From: Narcine bancroftii
Lineage: Eukaryota
Assembly (NCBI RefSeq): GCF_036971445.1
Contig: NC_091480.1
Span: forward strand, 61,878,001 to 61,942,000
Direction of reading: 5' to 3'
Length of the DNA: 64,000 nucleotides
Both the position numbers and the translations under genes were made by a program. This document shows positions 23,696 through 38,800 of this stretch, piece by piece (position 1 is the stretch's first letter; every line of letters starts with the position of its first letter). Under the pieces are notes generated by a model. It was not told where the DNA came from. It saw nothing but the letters and a program-made list of their open reading frames with translations, and did not search any database.

Positions 23696-26600
23696 GGAAC
23701 CTTGAATCTTTTTGAAAATTTTATTTATTAAATCATGGTTAAACATACAATAATGGATACAACTTAGAAAAACAAAATACATACATGATATTTTTTATGT
23801 AATAAAACCCCTACAGCACCCTACTCTTACCCATCCCCAAAGAAAAGAGATCAAATAACAAAACTTGATCAATTATTTGCAATGGTTTGGAGTAATACCA
23901 TCAATGCGTGGAAAGAAAATTAATAATCCAGCCCCATATGTTCCAAATACAGGCTCCAAGTTTTAACAAAAAAGGAATAATTATTACATAAATCATGTTA
24001 TCTTTTCCACAGAATACAAGATCTCATTTTTAAATGCCATCACTGAATACTCAAATTAGTCTAATTTTTCCAGGTTATTGCCAAACATTTTCTAGCCACA
24101 GCTAAAGCCAATCTTTAAAAAAGCAATTTGAAATTTATTTAATTTTAACTCCAACTCAATTTCTTAATATAATCCAGCTGTTATAAGCCCAGAGGACCCA
24201 TAAACCCAACAGCAATAGATATTCACCAAGACAAATGGTTACTTAAACAAAAGTTGCTTTTAATTATCTTTAAACATGAAAACAGAATCAAACTAACATC
24301 TCTATTGACTTAACTAATTTTTAAAAAAACTTTATTTGAAAAATTGTTAATAATACAAAATACAAACAATAACATTTTTATATGAAAGAAATAAGGAAAC
24401 AAAAAATTACCAAAATTAAATCCCCACCCGCCCTCCCACTCCTTCAAGCAGATGGGCAGAAGTGTGGTCCTAATCCTCCCAGCCAGTTTTTATAAACAGC
24501 CATTTTTAAATATGTACATAAATATTTTATTTTTACTTCTAAGAACACTATTTGTTAATAATGGCGGCTAATATTAAAAAACCTAAGACCCAATTACAGA
24601 AAAAATTACTTTTTAAAAGTGCTGAAGAACTGAGGCCTACCTGTCCAGTTGGAACCACGGAGTCGTCGTCTGGAACTTCCAAGCCACAGAGAACTCCAGC
24701 TAGGTTAAGTATTATGCCGGTGCTGGTCTTGTCTCACAAGATGGCGCCAGCTTGTTGATGAAATTGGTAGATGTTGACCAGCGTGTTCGTGATGTCTGGT
24801 GCGTGGACGACCCGACTGAGAAGAGGCCTCGAGCCCGCGCTGCTGTCGGGGGAGCCAAGGACGTACAGGATGGCGTTGGAGACTGCCCCTGCACGGCCTC
24901 GGGTCCTCGATCTGCTGGAGCATGTGTGGACTGTGGGGGGGCCCAAACAGGCATCCCAATGTGGTCGGGGTGCCGCCGTTGGGTGTGCGGACCTGCACAG
25001 GTAAAGTCTCAATAGTGGAACAAGAAGACTTGCCTCTAATGGCCAGTTCACAGGAACAATTGGAGGAAGAGTTTGCAGAAGGTAGACCTCAAGATGTGGC
25101 ACTGGAATCTGGACTGGACTCTCAGTCCTGGAAGGGATTGCTTATATGGATAACATATCTCAACAGATGACTCAAGTGACAACTAAAATTTCTAATATGT
25201 CTGAAGGTTTGTCCCAACTTAAGAGAGATGTTGTTAAATGCCTGACATCAGTGGATGTAGTACAAGAAAAATTTTTTTAAATTGAGACAGCTTTTTCTGA
25301 ATGTAAAGAACAAGATGTGCGTAATAAGGATAAAATAGAGAAAGTGGAAGATTCGAATCCAGAAGAGAGGTTTATTGAAGAAGATTGATTCATTGGAAAA
25401 TCAAAGTTGGAGAAATAATGTAAAAATTTGTGGGTCTTCCAGAAGACATTGAAGGAGCTGATCCAATAAAAAAAATTTAAGAACTGGATCCCCGAGATGC
25501 TGGATAAAGAGTTTTTTTCAGGATCCCCAAGATGCTGGGTAAAGAGTTTTCGGGAGGTTTAGTATTAGAGCGCTAAGGAGGAAACCGTTACCGGGACAAC
25601 CACCACGAGCAGTTTTAATTCGGTGTCTGAATTATCAAGATAGAGAAATGATTCTACGGTTGGCAGTCCAGAAGGCAAGACAAAGTCAAGCTCCAATTAT
25701 GATTCAGAATAATAGTTTTAATGCAGATTTGAGTCAAGAAATTATTAGGCGTTGACGGGAGTTTAATTCAGCTAAAGATGTGTTGTGGCGGAAAGGATAT
25801 AAATTTGCTTTTTGATACCCTACTGTGATGAAGGTTTTTTATGGCAATTATCAGTCTCAATTTTTTGAGAATGATCATGATGAATTGGTTTTTGCTAATT
25901 CATTACCAGATTTACATGGCCAGGGAAGAGTTTCGCCGTCATCGCCTAAAAGAAGGGCCAATGGAAATGGAAAGAATGGGAAAGATGGAAAGAAGGAGGC
26001 TTTGACACACTGTCTTACTGGTGTTGAAGATCCAAACCAGTCATTGGGACTGGAGTCGGACTGAATATTTCTTTGACATTGAATTGTATTAGATATATTT
26101 CTGGCTGGGGGGAGGTGGATGGCACTGAACTCTTTGATAGTCATCTGCCACTGGTGGGGTTTACCACACCCAGTTTTTTAGGGTGTTACTACCTTTGGGT
26201 GGTTTTTTTTCTTTTGGGGGGAATTAATTATATTCCTTTTTATATAAACTTTTTATAATATTAGGGGAGGGAGAGTGGAGTTTGTTTACTAGGAGAGCGA
26301 TCTTTTGTATTAAGTGATTTTTATTGTTAGTTTGTTAAGATGTCTAGTTTGAAATTTGCAACTTTTAGTGTTCAGGGATTAAATAATCCAATTAAGCAAA
26401 AGCGAGTTTTAGCTTATATTAAGAAAATGAAACTTGATATTGCTTTTTTACAAGAAACACATTTGACCGAAAAACCATTTGAAATTGAAAAGAGATTGGG
26501 TTAGTCATGTTTTTTTTTCTTCATTTAATTCTAAGGCAAAAGGTGTAGCGATTCTAGTTCATAAGAATTTATCTTTGGAGTTGCATGCTGTAGAGGGGAA

Positions 26601-29129
26601 TGCTGGGAGGGTTTTAAAAGTGGATTGTAAAATCTTTAACGAACTTTGGACTTAATATCTATGCACCTAATGTGGATGATGAATGTTTTATTTCAGACGG
26701 TTTTATGTTATTGTCAAGCTAATGAAAATATTTTAGTTGGGGGAGATTTCAATTGTGTTTTGGATCCTTTGATGGATAAATCCCAAAATGTATTAGGAAA
26801 TCAAAGATGGCGATACAAATTGGGGCTTTAATGAAAGACTTAAATTTGGTAGAAATTTGGAGAAGGGTTAATCCTACAGAGAAAGATTTTACTTTTCACT
26901 CTTCTCGACATGATTCATTTTCTAGAATAGATTTTTTTTATATCAGCACATTTATAAGGAAAGGTATCGCAGGCAGAATATAAGAGTAGAGTTATATCAG
27001 ATCATTCTTTATTATTTTTTCCCTATGAAAGTTCAGAGGTAGTACGTTCATCCTATAGATGGAGATTTAATACAATGTTGTTGAAAAAACCTGAATTTGT
27101 TACTTTTGTTAAGGAACAGATTGTTTTTTTTCTTAACTGAAAATGCTAATTCAGTTAAAAGTCATTTTGTTTTATGGGATGCGTTAAAAGCTTACTTAAG
27201 AGGGCAAATAATTAGTTATACTAGTAAAGTTAAGAAAGGGTATATGGCTGAAAGTCTTAAATTAGAGAAGCAAATTGAACTGGAGAAGGAATTTCAGAAA
27301 AAAAGTGACGGAAGATCAGAAAATAGCTTTAACTAAATTGAAATTGCGATATAATGTTACAGACTTAATAATTTGAATGTTTACTTAATCGATCTAAGCA
27401 ACGATATTATGAGTTGGGTGAGAAGGCACATGAAGTACTTGCATGGCAGTTAAAGAAAAAACACCTCGCGGGTTAATACTGTTAAAAAGAATTCAACAGT
27501 TACCTATAAACCTCAGGAAATTAATGATCAGTTTTATTCATTTTATTAAAAATTATATACTTCTGAGGGGAGACGGGACAATGGATCTATTGATTCTTTT
27601 TTTATCTACACTAATGTTATCAGCATTAGAAGAACAGGATATTATAGATTTGGAAGCTCCGTTTACAGATTTAGAAATTAAGACAGCTATGTTGGAAATG
27701 CCTAATGGTAAGTCACAAGGTGATGATGGGTTTTCAGTGGAATTTTATAAAGTTTTTTTATGAAGATTTATCTTTGGTGTTTGGGGAGATATTACAACAA
27801 GTGACTGAACATTGAGTTACCAGAATCTTGTTCCAGTGCTCTAATTACTGTAATTCCAAAGAAAGATAGAGATCTGTTAAAGGTGTCTTCGTATAAACCT
27901 ATTTCTTTACTGAATGTGGATTATAAAATAATAGGTAAAATGTTAGTAAATCGACTTGCTAAATATTTGCTGAAATTGATACATATAGACCAAACAGGTT
28001 TTATCAGAAATAGACATGCTTCAGATAATATTCTTCGATTAATTAGCTTGGTGTGATAGTACAGATTCTATCACCAATGTGTTTATGTACATATGTATAG
28101 ATGCTAGTGTAGGATGACTGTGATTGGCTGAGAGTGTAGTCACACCTACTGGCAGATCTTAAAGCATTGCTCCTAGCCAGACCATGTCATTCTGGACTGG
28201 TCGACCTACTTGTGATATGCTCCAGTCTTTTAGTTAATAAAAGCCTTGGTTTGGATCAACAAGTCTTTGGTTCTTTTGACGCGCATTACAATTTTATTAA
28301 CTAAAATAAATTTTGAAGGGATGGAGCATATGCTACGGCTGGAACGCCTTGACATCGACCCACAGTCAGCTACAGCTTCGAATTACTTTAAGCACTGGGT
28401 GAGATGCTTCGAAACATACTTGCAGCTCTCTGATCCTCCTGTGATAGAGGACAGCCGTCAACTACTAATATTGATGACTATGGTGTCCCCGAGAGTCTAC
28501 CAGAGTGTCCAGGACGCGACCACTTACGCCGCAGCCATGAAGGTGCTGGAAGGGCTCTACGTGTGACCAGTGAACAGGGTCTATGCTCGGTACAAACTTT
28601 CTACAAGGAGGCAACAGCCCGGTGAGACCTGTAAAGCTTATATTCAGGCACTAAGGGCAATGGGCCAGGACTATGCCTGCACAGACAGAACTGCTGCGGA
28701 AACCACAGACAATCTCATTCAGGATGCCTTCGTGGCCGGGTTCGATCGAATAAGGTGAGGCAGTGCCTGCTAGAGCATGGGGGAGAAAACCTAGAGGACA
28801 TGATCCGGATCGCAGAGACAATGGAGGCTGCGGTCTTAAGTATGGATGTGTACTCTTAGGGTTGGACCCCACACTCTGATGTGAGTAGGATGCCCTCCCT
28901 CTATGCTACGCTGCCCGATGCAACCCCAAAGTGTTATTTCTGTGGGAAGAACAAGCACAGCAGGTTCCAGTGCCCAGCGAGAAAAGCCAGGTGCCAGAAG
29001 TGCCTTAAAAACAGCCACTTTGCTGCAGTCTGTTGCTCCAAAATGGCTACCATCAAACACAGTGCCTCGTGTGAAGCCAAATTGCCACTCTCCATTTCAA
29101 ACACTCCTTCCTCAGAGCTCTCGTCCAAT

Positions 29130-32100
29130 AAACAGAAATGGAAAAGGAGGAAAGGTAATGATGTAAAAACGGAAAGAGAAGATAAACAAAATATAAAATG
29201 GCTACGCTGAACTATATGACTTTAAATATTAATGGAATACATAACCAAATTAAAAGGAAGAAACTACTAAATTTACTGAAAAAGGAAAAAATAGATATAG
29301 CATTTGTCCAAGAAACACACTTAACTGAATTGGAGCACAAGAAATTAAAGAGAGATTGGGTAGGACATGTAACAGCAGCATCGTATAATTCAAAAGCAAG
29401 AGGAGTGGCTATATTAATTAGCAAAAATGTGCCATTTAAAATAGAAGAGGAAATAACAGATCCAGCAGGGAGATATGTTATGATAAAATGTCAGATATAT
29501 TCGGAGCTTTGGAATCTACTTAATATATATTCACCTAACGAAGAAGATCAAAAGTTTATGCAAGATATCTTTTTGAAGGTAGCTAATACGCAAGGGAACA
29601 TACTAATAGGAGGGGATTTCAATCTGAATTTGGATCCAAATATGGATAAAACGGGGAAAAAAATTAACAGGAAGAACAAAGTAACCAAATTTATAATTAA
29701 ATCAATGCAAGAAATGAAACTTGTGGACATATGGAGGAAACAAAACCCAAAAGAAAAGGAATACTCATACTACTCGACTAGACATAAAACATACTCAAGA
29801 ATAGACCTATTTTTGTTATCAGCTAGTATGCAGGATAGAGCAAGAAAAACAGAATATAAAGCGAGAATGCTATCGGACCATTCACCCTTAATACTGACAG
29901 TAAAGCTAGAGGACATCCCTCCAAGAATGTATAGATGGAGATGCTACTTAAAAGACAGGATTTTAGAGAATTTATTGAAAAACAATTAAAAATGTACTTT
30001 GAAGTAAATACGGAATCAGTGGAAGATAAGTTTATACTATGGGACGCAATGAAAGCATTCATTAGAGGACAAATAATAAGTTATGCAACCAAGATGAAGA
30101 AGGACTATAATCAGGAAACAGAGCAGTTGGAAAGGGAAATAATAAACATAGAAAAAAAATTAGCAATAAAGGAAGATACAACCAAAAGAAGAGAATTGGC
30201 GGATAAAAAAATAAAATATGAAACATTACAAACATATAAGGTGGAGAAGAATATAATGAAGACAAAACAGAAATATTATGAACTAGGTGAAAAAACACAC
30301 AAAATCTTAGCATGGCAGCTTAAGACAGAGCAAACTAAGAAAATGGTATTGGCAACAAGGAAAAAAGACAAACAAATTACATATAATCCAAAAGAAATTA
30401 AGGAAAACTTCAGAGAATTCTATGAACAATTATACCGAACTGAAAACGAAGGGAAAGAAGGGAAAATAGATGAATTTTTGACTAAAATTGAACTACCAAA
30501 ACTACAAATAGAGGAACAAAATAAATTAACAGAACCATTTGGAACAGTAGAAATACAAGAGATAATAAGAAAATTACCAAATAATAAGACACCAGGAGAG
30601 GATGGACTCCCAATAGAATTCTACAAAACATTTAAAGATCTAATAATACCGCCCCTCCTGGATGTAATCAACCAGATTGATGAGACACAAAACTTACCAG
30701 ATTCATGTAAAACAGCAATAATTACAGTGATACTAAAACAAGGGAAAGATCCACTCTCACCAGCGTCATATAGACCAATATCTCTGCTAAACACAGATTA
30801 TAAGATAATAGCTAAACTATTAGCAAACAGATTAGCAGAACAGGTACCGAAAATGGTAAATTTAGACCAAACTGGATTTATCAAAAAAAGACGCACAACA
30901 GACAATATTTGTAAATTTATTAACTTAATTCATGCAGTAGAAGGAAATAAAGCACCGGCAGTAGCAGTTGCTTTAGATGCAGAGAAGGCCTTCGACAGAG
31001 TAGAATGGAATTACTTGTTCAAAGTATTGCAAAAATTCAGTTTACCGGAGAAGTATATTAATTGGATTAAAGCATTATATAAGGGACCGTTAGCGAAAGT
31101 GACAGTAAATGGACATGTATCAAAGCAATTTAACTTAAGCAGGTCAACGCGGCAGGGATGCCCACTATCACCATTATTGCTTGCGCTAGCTATAGAACCA
31201 CTAGCAGAATCGATAAGAATAGATAATAATATAAAAGGAATAAAAATAAAAGACAGGGAATATAAAATCAGTCTATTTGCGGATGATGTGATAGTGTACT
31301 TAACAGAACCAGAACTATCAATAAAAGAACTATATAAGAAATTGAAGGAATATGGAGAAGTGTCGGGATACAAGATAAACGTAAATAAAAGTGAAGCAAT
31401 GCCTATGAATAACGCGGATTTCTCAAAATTTAAGGAAGAATCCCCATTCAGATGGCAAATGCAGGCAATAAGATACCTAGGTGTGCAAATAAACAAAAAT
31501 CTAGGCCAATTATATAAACTCAATTACAATCCACTAATGAAAAAATTACAGGACGATTTAGAGCATTGGAAAGAGCTACCACTAACACTGATAGGAAGGA
31601 TAAACTGTATTAAAATGAACATTTTTCCAAGGATACTATACTTATTTCAGGCATTGCCAATACAACTGACAGAAAAATTCTTCAAAGAGTTAAAGAAAAT
31701 AATAAGGAAATTTTTATGGAGAGGGGGGAAACCGAGGATAGCACTAGATAAATTAACAGAATGGTATAAACAAGGAGGCTTACAATTGCCAAACTTCAAA
31801 AATTATTATAGAGCCGCACAATTAAGGTACCTATCAGATTTTTATCAAACAAGGGAAAAACCAGACTGGACGAGACTAGAATTAGATAAAATAGGGGAAA
31901 AGATACCTGAACACATATTATATAAATGGGACGAAAAATTGGTACAACATAGAACTTCTCCAGTATTACACCATCTCCTCAATATATGGAAGAAGATTCA
32001 TGTAGAAAGAAATAAAACAAATTATCAAATACCAAAACTAATATTGACGCAAAATAAGCTACTCCCTTTTACAATAGACAACCTTTCCTTTAGAAAATGG

Positions 32101-33243
32101 GAAAAAAAAGGGATTAAAAGAATAGAAAATTGTTTTTCAGGAAGTAGATTCTTATCCTTTGAACAAATGAGAGATAAGTACAATATAACTGGAGATACAG
32201 CGCTGGCATATTACCAACTGAGATCCTACTTGAAAGATGAATTAGGAAGCAATTTGAGTTTACCAGAGGGAAGTAACCTTGAATATGTGATTACAGATAC
32301 AATGTTAATCAAAAGATTTATAACAAATATGTATATTAAACTGCAAGAAAAGGAGAATGAGGAAACAAATGGTAAAACTAAACAAAAATGGGAACAAGAT
32401 TTAAATATAAAGATAAAAAAGGAAACATGGGAGAAATTATGTTCTGGAACGATGAGAAATACAATAAATACGAGGCTGCGTATGATACAATATAATTGGT
32501 TACACAGACTATACATTACACCGCAAAAGTTAAATAAATGGGACCCAACAGTATCTGATAGATGTTTTCGATGTAAAAAAGAAAGGGGAACAACAATTCA
32601 TGCAATCTGGACATGTGAGAGAGTAGAAAAATTTTGGGATGATCTCAATCAGATATTAAATAAAATAACAGAAAACAATATACCAAAGAATCCAGAGATC
32701 TTTCTCCTAAGTAACATAAAAAAATAAAGAATTTGAAATTGACTTGGAAGATGCACAAAAAAGATTTGTCAAGATAGCCCTAGCCGTAGCAAAAAAATGT
32801 ATTATGTCAACCTGGAAATTGGAAGATAATTTGAAAATACAACAATGGTATATAGAAATGAATAAATGTATTCCATTAGAAAAAATAACATATAGTTTAA
32901 GAAATAATATTTAAATATTCGAACAAGTATGGGAGCCTTACATTAAATACAATAGCGAAAACCTACCGGGGACAAACATTACCTAAGTTGATGGAAGGAG
33001 AAGGAAAGAAAAGAATGGACTCTGTAGAATTTCTGGTGTATTTTTGTTGAATGACAACATTGACTGAATTAATGCAACCTAGATTGTATACCTAAAATGG
33101 ATGAGAGGGGGGGGGGGGTGGGGGGGTGGCTTGGGAGGAGGGAGGGGGGGGAGAAAAAGTCACTGTAAATGTGTGAAAAAGAAAAAGTGTATATCATGGC
33201 TATTGTGATTTATGGTGTGAAAAATAAAAAATTTTAAAAAAAA
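29130..33243 (+). mobile_element. Young 5'-truncated L1 (L1-D) inside Gypsy gag
   Basis: 16-bp perfect TSD AGAGCTCTCGTCCAAT (29114-29129, 33244-33259); AATAAA and A tail. Confidence 0.95.
29198..32988 (+). pseudogene. L1-D ORF2 (APE endonuclease, RT, CCHC), nearly intact
   Basis: 263-aa and 930-aa ORFs joined by a 10-nt deletion near 29940 relative to the L1-E copy; a further frameshift in the A-run near 32724. Confidence 0.9.
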
Positions 33244-33392
33244 AGAGCTCTCGTCCAATGAGAGCGAGGACTCCACCGCACTGCAGCGCCTGACATCACG
33301 GGACAGATGCCGAGCGTGAAAGGTACAACCCACTCTCGCCGGAATTACATTCACCCTAATATCCGACCAGGCCCTAGCCCCGACCTCAATGC

Positions 33393-33468
33393 CCGCCGCT
33401 GACCAGGGACCCGCCGCCGCTGACCAGGGACCCGCCGCCGCTGACCAGGGACCCGCCGCCACTGACCG
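33393..33468 (+). repeat. 21-bp tandem repeat (~3.5 copies) in the Gypsy gag-protease linker
   Basis: CCGCCGCCGCTGACCAGGGAC units, frame-preserving. Confidence 0.9.
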
Positions 33469-35812
33469 CTTCCCTGCTGACCGCCCCACCACCGATGGTA
33501 TGCAGCAACCCCCAACCCAACACCACCTCCCCGACACTTTTTTCAGTCCTCACTGTTTGCGTGACGTCATCATGCAGGTCTCCACTGTCTACATTACAAG
33601 TCTCTCCATCAATAACCCTTGACCAGGGCTTCCCCCAACCCCTCACAAAAGCAATGGAACTGATTAAAGTGCATGGACACTATACCACTTGCTTATTTGA
33701 CTCGGGGTCAACTGACAGTTTTATCCGCCCGGACCTGGCCCACCGTTGCAGACTAGTTATTCTCCCCACTACACAGAGAATTTAATTGGCGACCAGATCG
33801 CTCTTGACTTGGGTAAAGGGGTACAGCATGGCGACCCTGAATGTCCAGGACATCATGTTCACAGGCTTCAAACTATTAGTCCTTCCCCTGCGCCCCTGCA
33901 CTGCTGGGACTGGATTTTCAGTGCCAATTTCAAACTTGCACTTTGGGGGGCCTCACGCTCCGCTCCCTGTCTGTAACCACTCCACCCCGGGAACCTCCTG
34001 CCAGCAGCAGGCCGAGCCACCCACCCCCGCGCCCCAGGACCTCACCTGTAGTCTCTCAACCCTCCGAGTTGCTCCGCCAGCACTTTTCGCAAATCTCACT
34101 CCTGGCTGGAAGCCTGTGGCCACCAAAAGCCGGCAATATAGTTCTGGACACAGGAAATGTATCACAAACGAGGTGTGCAGACTGCTGGATGAGGGCATTA
34201 TCGAACCTAGCTTGAGTCCATGGAGGGCCCAGGTAGTGGTTGTTACAAACGGGGAGAAACTGCGGATGGTGGTTGACTATAGCCAGACTATCAACTGTTT
34301 CACGCTCCTGGATGCGTACCCCCTTCCATGGATCATGGATGTGGTGAATAAGATCGCCCAATACCATGTATTTTCCACATTGACATGTTCGGCCTATCAT
34401 CAGCTCCTGATCCTCCGAGAAGATCGACCTTTCAGGGCCTTTGAAGCGAATGGGTGGCTGTATCAATTCCTCAGGGTACCCTTTGGGGTCACAAATGATG
34501 TCGCGGTCTTCCAGCGGGAAATGGACTGGATGGTGGACCAGTAGCTGACTGCTACTTTCCCGTATCTGGACAATGTCACCATCTGCGGCCATGACACGGA
34601 GGATCATGATGCCAACCTTGAGAAATTTTTTCAGACTGCAACTCGGTTGCATTTGACCTACAATTTCGACAAGTGTGTCTTCCGGACCACTCGGCTCGCA
34701 ATTCTGGGTTGTGTGGTGGAGAACAGGGTGGTCATGACAGACCCTGACCACATGTGTCCCCTCATGGACTTGCCCCCCACCCCCCGACACCCAGAAGGCA
34801 CTCAAACGCTGCCTGTGCTTTTTCTCTTACTATGCCCAATGGGTTCCACACTATACCGACAAGGCACGGCCAGTCATCAAGACTTCCCCCTGTCAACCGA
34901 AGCCAGAGTGGCCTTCAACCGCATCAAATCAGACATTGCTGCTACCACGCTGCACGCCATCAACAAGTCCATTCCATTCCAAGTCGAAAACGATGAGTCT
35001 GACTTTGGACTGGCAGCCACTTTGAACCCGGCCGGTAGCCTTCTCCAGAACCCTCCAGGGTCCTGAGAGCCAACACTCCTCTGTTGAGAAGGAGGCCCAG
35101 GCCATAGTCGAGGCAGTACATCGTTGGAGACACTAATCACTGGCAGGTGCTTTATGCTGCTGACCGAACAACGCGCGGTCTCCTTCATGTTTAGCAATAC
35201 CCAGTGAGGTAAGGTCAAGAATGACAAAATCACCAGGTGGAGAATCGAGCTCTCCACCTTTAATTACGACATACTGTATCAGCCGGGTAAACTCAATGAC
35301 CTGCCAGATGCAGTCTCCAGGGGGACTTGTACCAACAGGCAACTGGACAGGTTGCAGAAACTCCATGAGGAGGTCTGTCATCCAGGGGTCACTAGGTTCA
35401 TGCACTTTGTCAAATCTCGCAACCTGCCCTACACGGTCGAGGCGATTCGCTACATGACCCAAGCCTGCCCAGTGTGCGCTGAGTGCAAGCCCCACTTCTT
35501 TAATCCGGAGAAAACCCACATCATCAAAGCCACCCACCCCTTTGAGCATCTCAGTGTAGACTTCATGGGGCCCCTACCATCGACCAACCATAACACTTAC
35601 ATTCTTACAGCCATCGACGAGTATTCCCACTTCCTGTTTGTTGTGCCCTGCTCGGACATGACTGCCTCCTCAGCAAAAGAGGCCCTGCACAGCATCTTTG
35701 CCATCTTTGGGTACCCCAATTACATCCACAGTGACAGGGCTCCTCGTTTATGCGCACAGAGCTGCGGCAGTACCTTCTGGAGCATGGTATTACTTCAAGC
35801 AGGACCAACAGC

Positions 35813-38800
35813 GAGGAGTCATGTGATGGAGCAGTGGCCAGTCGGGAAACTCCAGCCCACTCCGGAAAAGTATTTAAAAAACACAGAAAACACAAAGGCA
35901 CAAACACAAAAATTAAAATAAAGTGAAAGTAAAGGTGGGAAGAAAATGGCAGCGAAGAAATAAAAGTCGAAAGTAACGGGAAGAAGAGAAGAAGAAAAGA
36001 CATCGGAAGAAGAAGGTAAAGTCCTTACCTGTCCGAGGAGGCCCGCTGTGGAGAGAGAAGCCCGCTCCCTCAGGTCAGTCGAAGTCCCGAGCTCGGGACT
36101 ACAAAAATGGCTTGCGGCGCGAGGAGTCGCGCATGCGCGATTTGCAAGACAAAAAAACACTGACGGGAGGGGGGACCAGCTGAGGAATCGATCTACACAG
36201 CTGAGAATGACAGCCACAGCACAGCAGCAAGAAGAGAACATAGAAAACAACAAGAACAAGAAAGAGAGTAAAAAGAAATCAAAGAAACAACAGATGACCA
36301 ACCCAGAGGAGGAAGAAGAAGAAGAACACAGAGAAATGGAAGAAGAAGGGAAAGGCAAGACAATGGATATTTTTTTTTTTAAAGAATATATGGAATCAGT
36401 AAAAGAATGGCAATCACAAGAATTTAGAAATAAAAAGAAGAATTAAAAGTACAGAAGAAAAAATGAATAGATTAGAGATGGTCATGTCAGATATAGAAAA
36501 AGAGTGGACAAGGTGGAAGAATGAGAAACAGCTGTAGAAATGGAAGTAGAGGACTTAAAAGAGAAATTAGAAGAATCTAATAAAAAAGTTAAAGAGACAC
36601 AAGAGCTGTTAGCTCAGAAGATAGATATAATGGAAAATTATAATAGAAGAAATAATATAAAGATAGTGGGCCTTAACGAAGATGAAGAACACAAGAATAT
36701 GAGAGAATTTATAAAAGATTGGATCCCCAGGGTCCTAGGAAGACCAGAATTACAGGAAGAAATGGAAATAGAAAGGGCACATAGAACATTAGCCCCGAAA
36801 CCACAGCCACAACAAAAACCAAGATCCATTTTAGTAAAATTCCTAAGATATACAACGAGAGAAAATATATTGGAGAAAGCAATGGAGAAAATAAGAGAAG
36901 ACAAAAAGCCACTGGAATACAAAGGTCAAATATTTTTTTTTATCCAGACATAAGTTTTGAACTCCTGAAGAAGAGAAAGGAGTTTAATACAGCAAAAGCG
37001 ATCCTATGGAAAAAAGGATATAAATTTATGCTAAAGTACCCAGCGGTACTTAAAATAGTTCTTCCAGGGCAGCAAAACAGACTATTCTCGGATCCGGAGG
37101 AAGCACGAAAATTTGCAGAACAACTACAAAACAGGCAGAGAGATGAAGACATGTAATGAGAGCAAAAATGACCACGAACTATATGTATGTGTGTATATGG
37201 GTTTATATATATATGTGTGTATGTATATATGTGTGTACATGAGTGTATGCGTATTTAAAGGAAAATATATAGAGTATAGATAAGAATTAATAAGGGAAAG
37301 AAAGGGAAGAGAGGAAGTAAGGAGGGAATTAAGAGAGTGACCTTTGTTGTATATGAAAATTGGAATCTTTTCTGTGGGGGGGCTTGGTGGGGAGGAGTTA
37401 CAGTCACTGCAAAATCAGTTGACGCTTGCGAGTGAATTCGCAAATCCAAATGGAGAGGGGAGATGTGGTTGCCCGACAAGGGATAAAGGGCAACTCAGGA
37501 AGGGGAGGGGATAGTGGGGTTAAAGAAATTTTAGATAGGAGAATAAGGGAAATGTTTGATGTTTTAGAAATGTTGTCTTATAAAGTGTTCAAAACAAGAA
37601 AGCAGAAATGGATAAGAAGGAAAGGTGATGATGAGGAAACGGAAAGGAAAGATAAACAAAGTATGAAATGGCTATGTTGAACTATATGACTTTAAATATT
37701 AACAGAATACATAACCAAATCAAAAGGAAGAAACTGCTAAATTTACTGAAAAAAGAAAAAATTGATATAGCATTCATGCAAGAAACACACTTAACTGAAA
37801 TGGAGCACAAGAAATTAAAGAGAGATTGGATAGGACATGAAACAGCACCGACATATAATTCAAAAGTTAGAGGAGTAGCTATATTAATCAGTAAAACTGT
37901 ACCAATTAAAATAGAAGAGGAAATAATAGATCCAGCAGGGAGATATGTAATGATAAAATGTCAGATATATTCGGAGTTTTGGAATTTACTCAATGTATAT
38001 TCACCTAACGATGAAGATCAAAAATTTATGCAAGATATTTTTTTGAAGATAGCAGACACACAAGGGAACATACTAATAGGAGGGGATTTCAACCTTAATT
38101 TGGATTCAAACATGGATAAAACTGGGAAAAAATTAACAGAAAGAACAAAGTAACCTAATTTATAATTAAATCGGAAAAGAAATATTCATATTATTCGGGT
38201 AGACATAAAACATACTCAAGAATAGACCTATTCCTGTTATCAGCTCGCATGCAAGAGAGAGTTAGAAAAACAGAATATAAAGGTAGAATATTATCGGACC
38301 ACTCACCCCTGGTATTGACAATAGAGTTAGAGGACATCCCTCCAAGAATGTATAGATGGAGATTAAACTCCATGCTACTTAAAAGGCAGGATTTTAGAGA
38401 ATTAATTGAAAGACAAATTAAAATGTACTTTGAAATAAGTACGGAATCAGTGAAAGATAAGTTTATAATATGGGACGCAATGAAAGCGTTCATCAGAGGG
38501 CAAATAATAAGTTATGTAACCAAGATGAAGAAGGACTACAATCAGGAAACAGAGCAGTTGGAAAAGGAAATAGCAAATATAGAAAAAGAATTAGCAATGA
38601 AGGAAGACACAACTAAAAGAAGAGAACTGGCAGATAAAAAAATAAAATATGAAACACTACAAATATATAAGGTGGAGAAGAACATAATGAAGACAAAACA
38701 GAAATATTATGAACTAGGAGAAAAAATGCACAAAATTCTAGCGTGGCAGCTTAAGACAGAACAAACTAAGAGAATGGTATTGGCATTAAGGAAAAAAGAC

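Noticed and set aside
29935..32727. 930-aa ORF as a host gene or active L1
   Set aside because: L1 ORF2 in a 5'-truncated copy lacking promoter and ORF1, with frameshifts on both sides.
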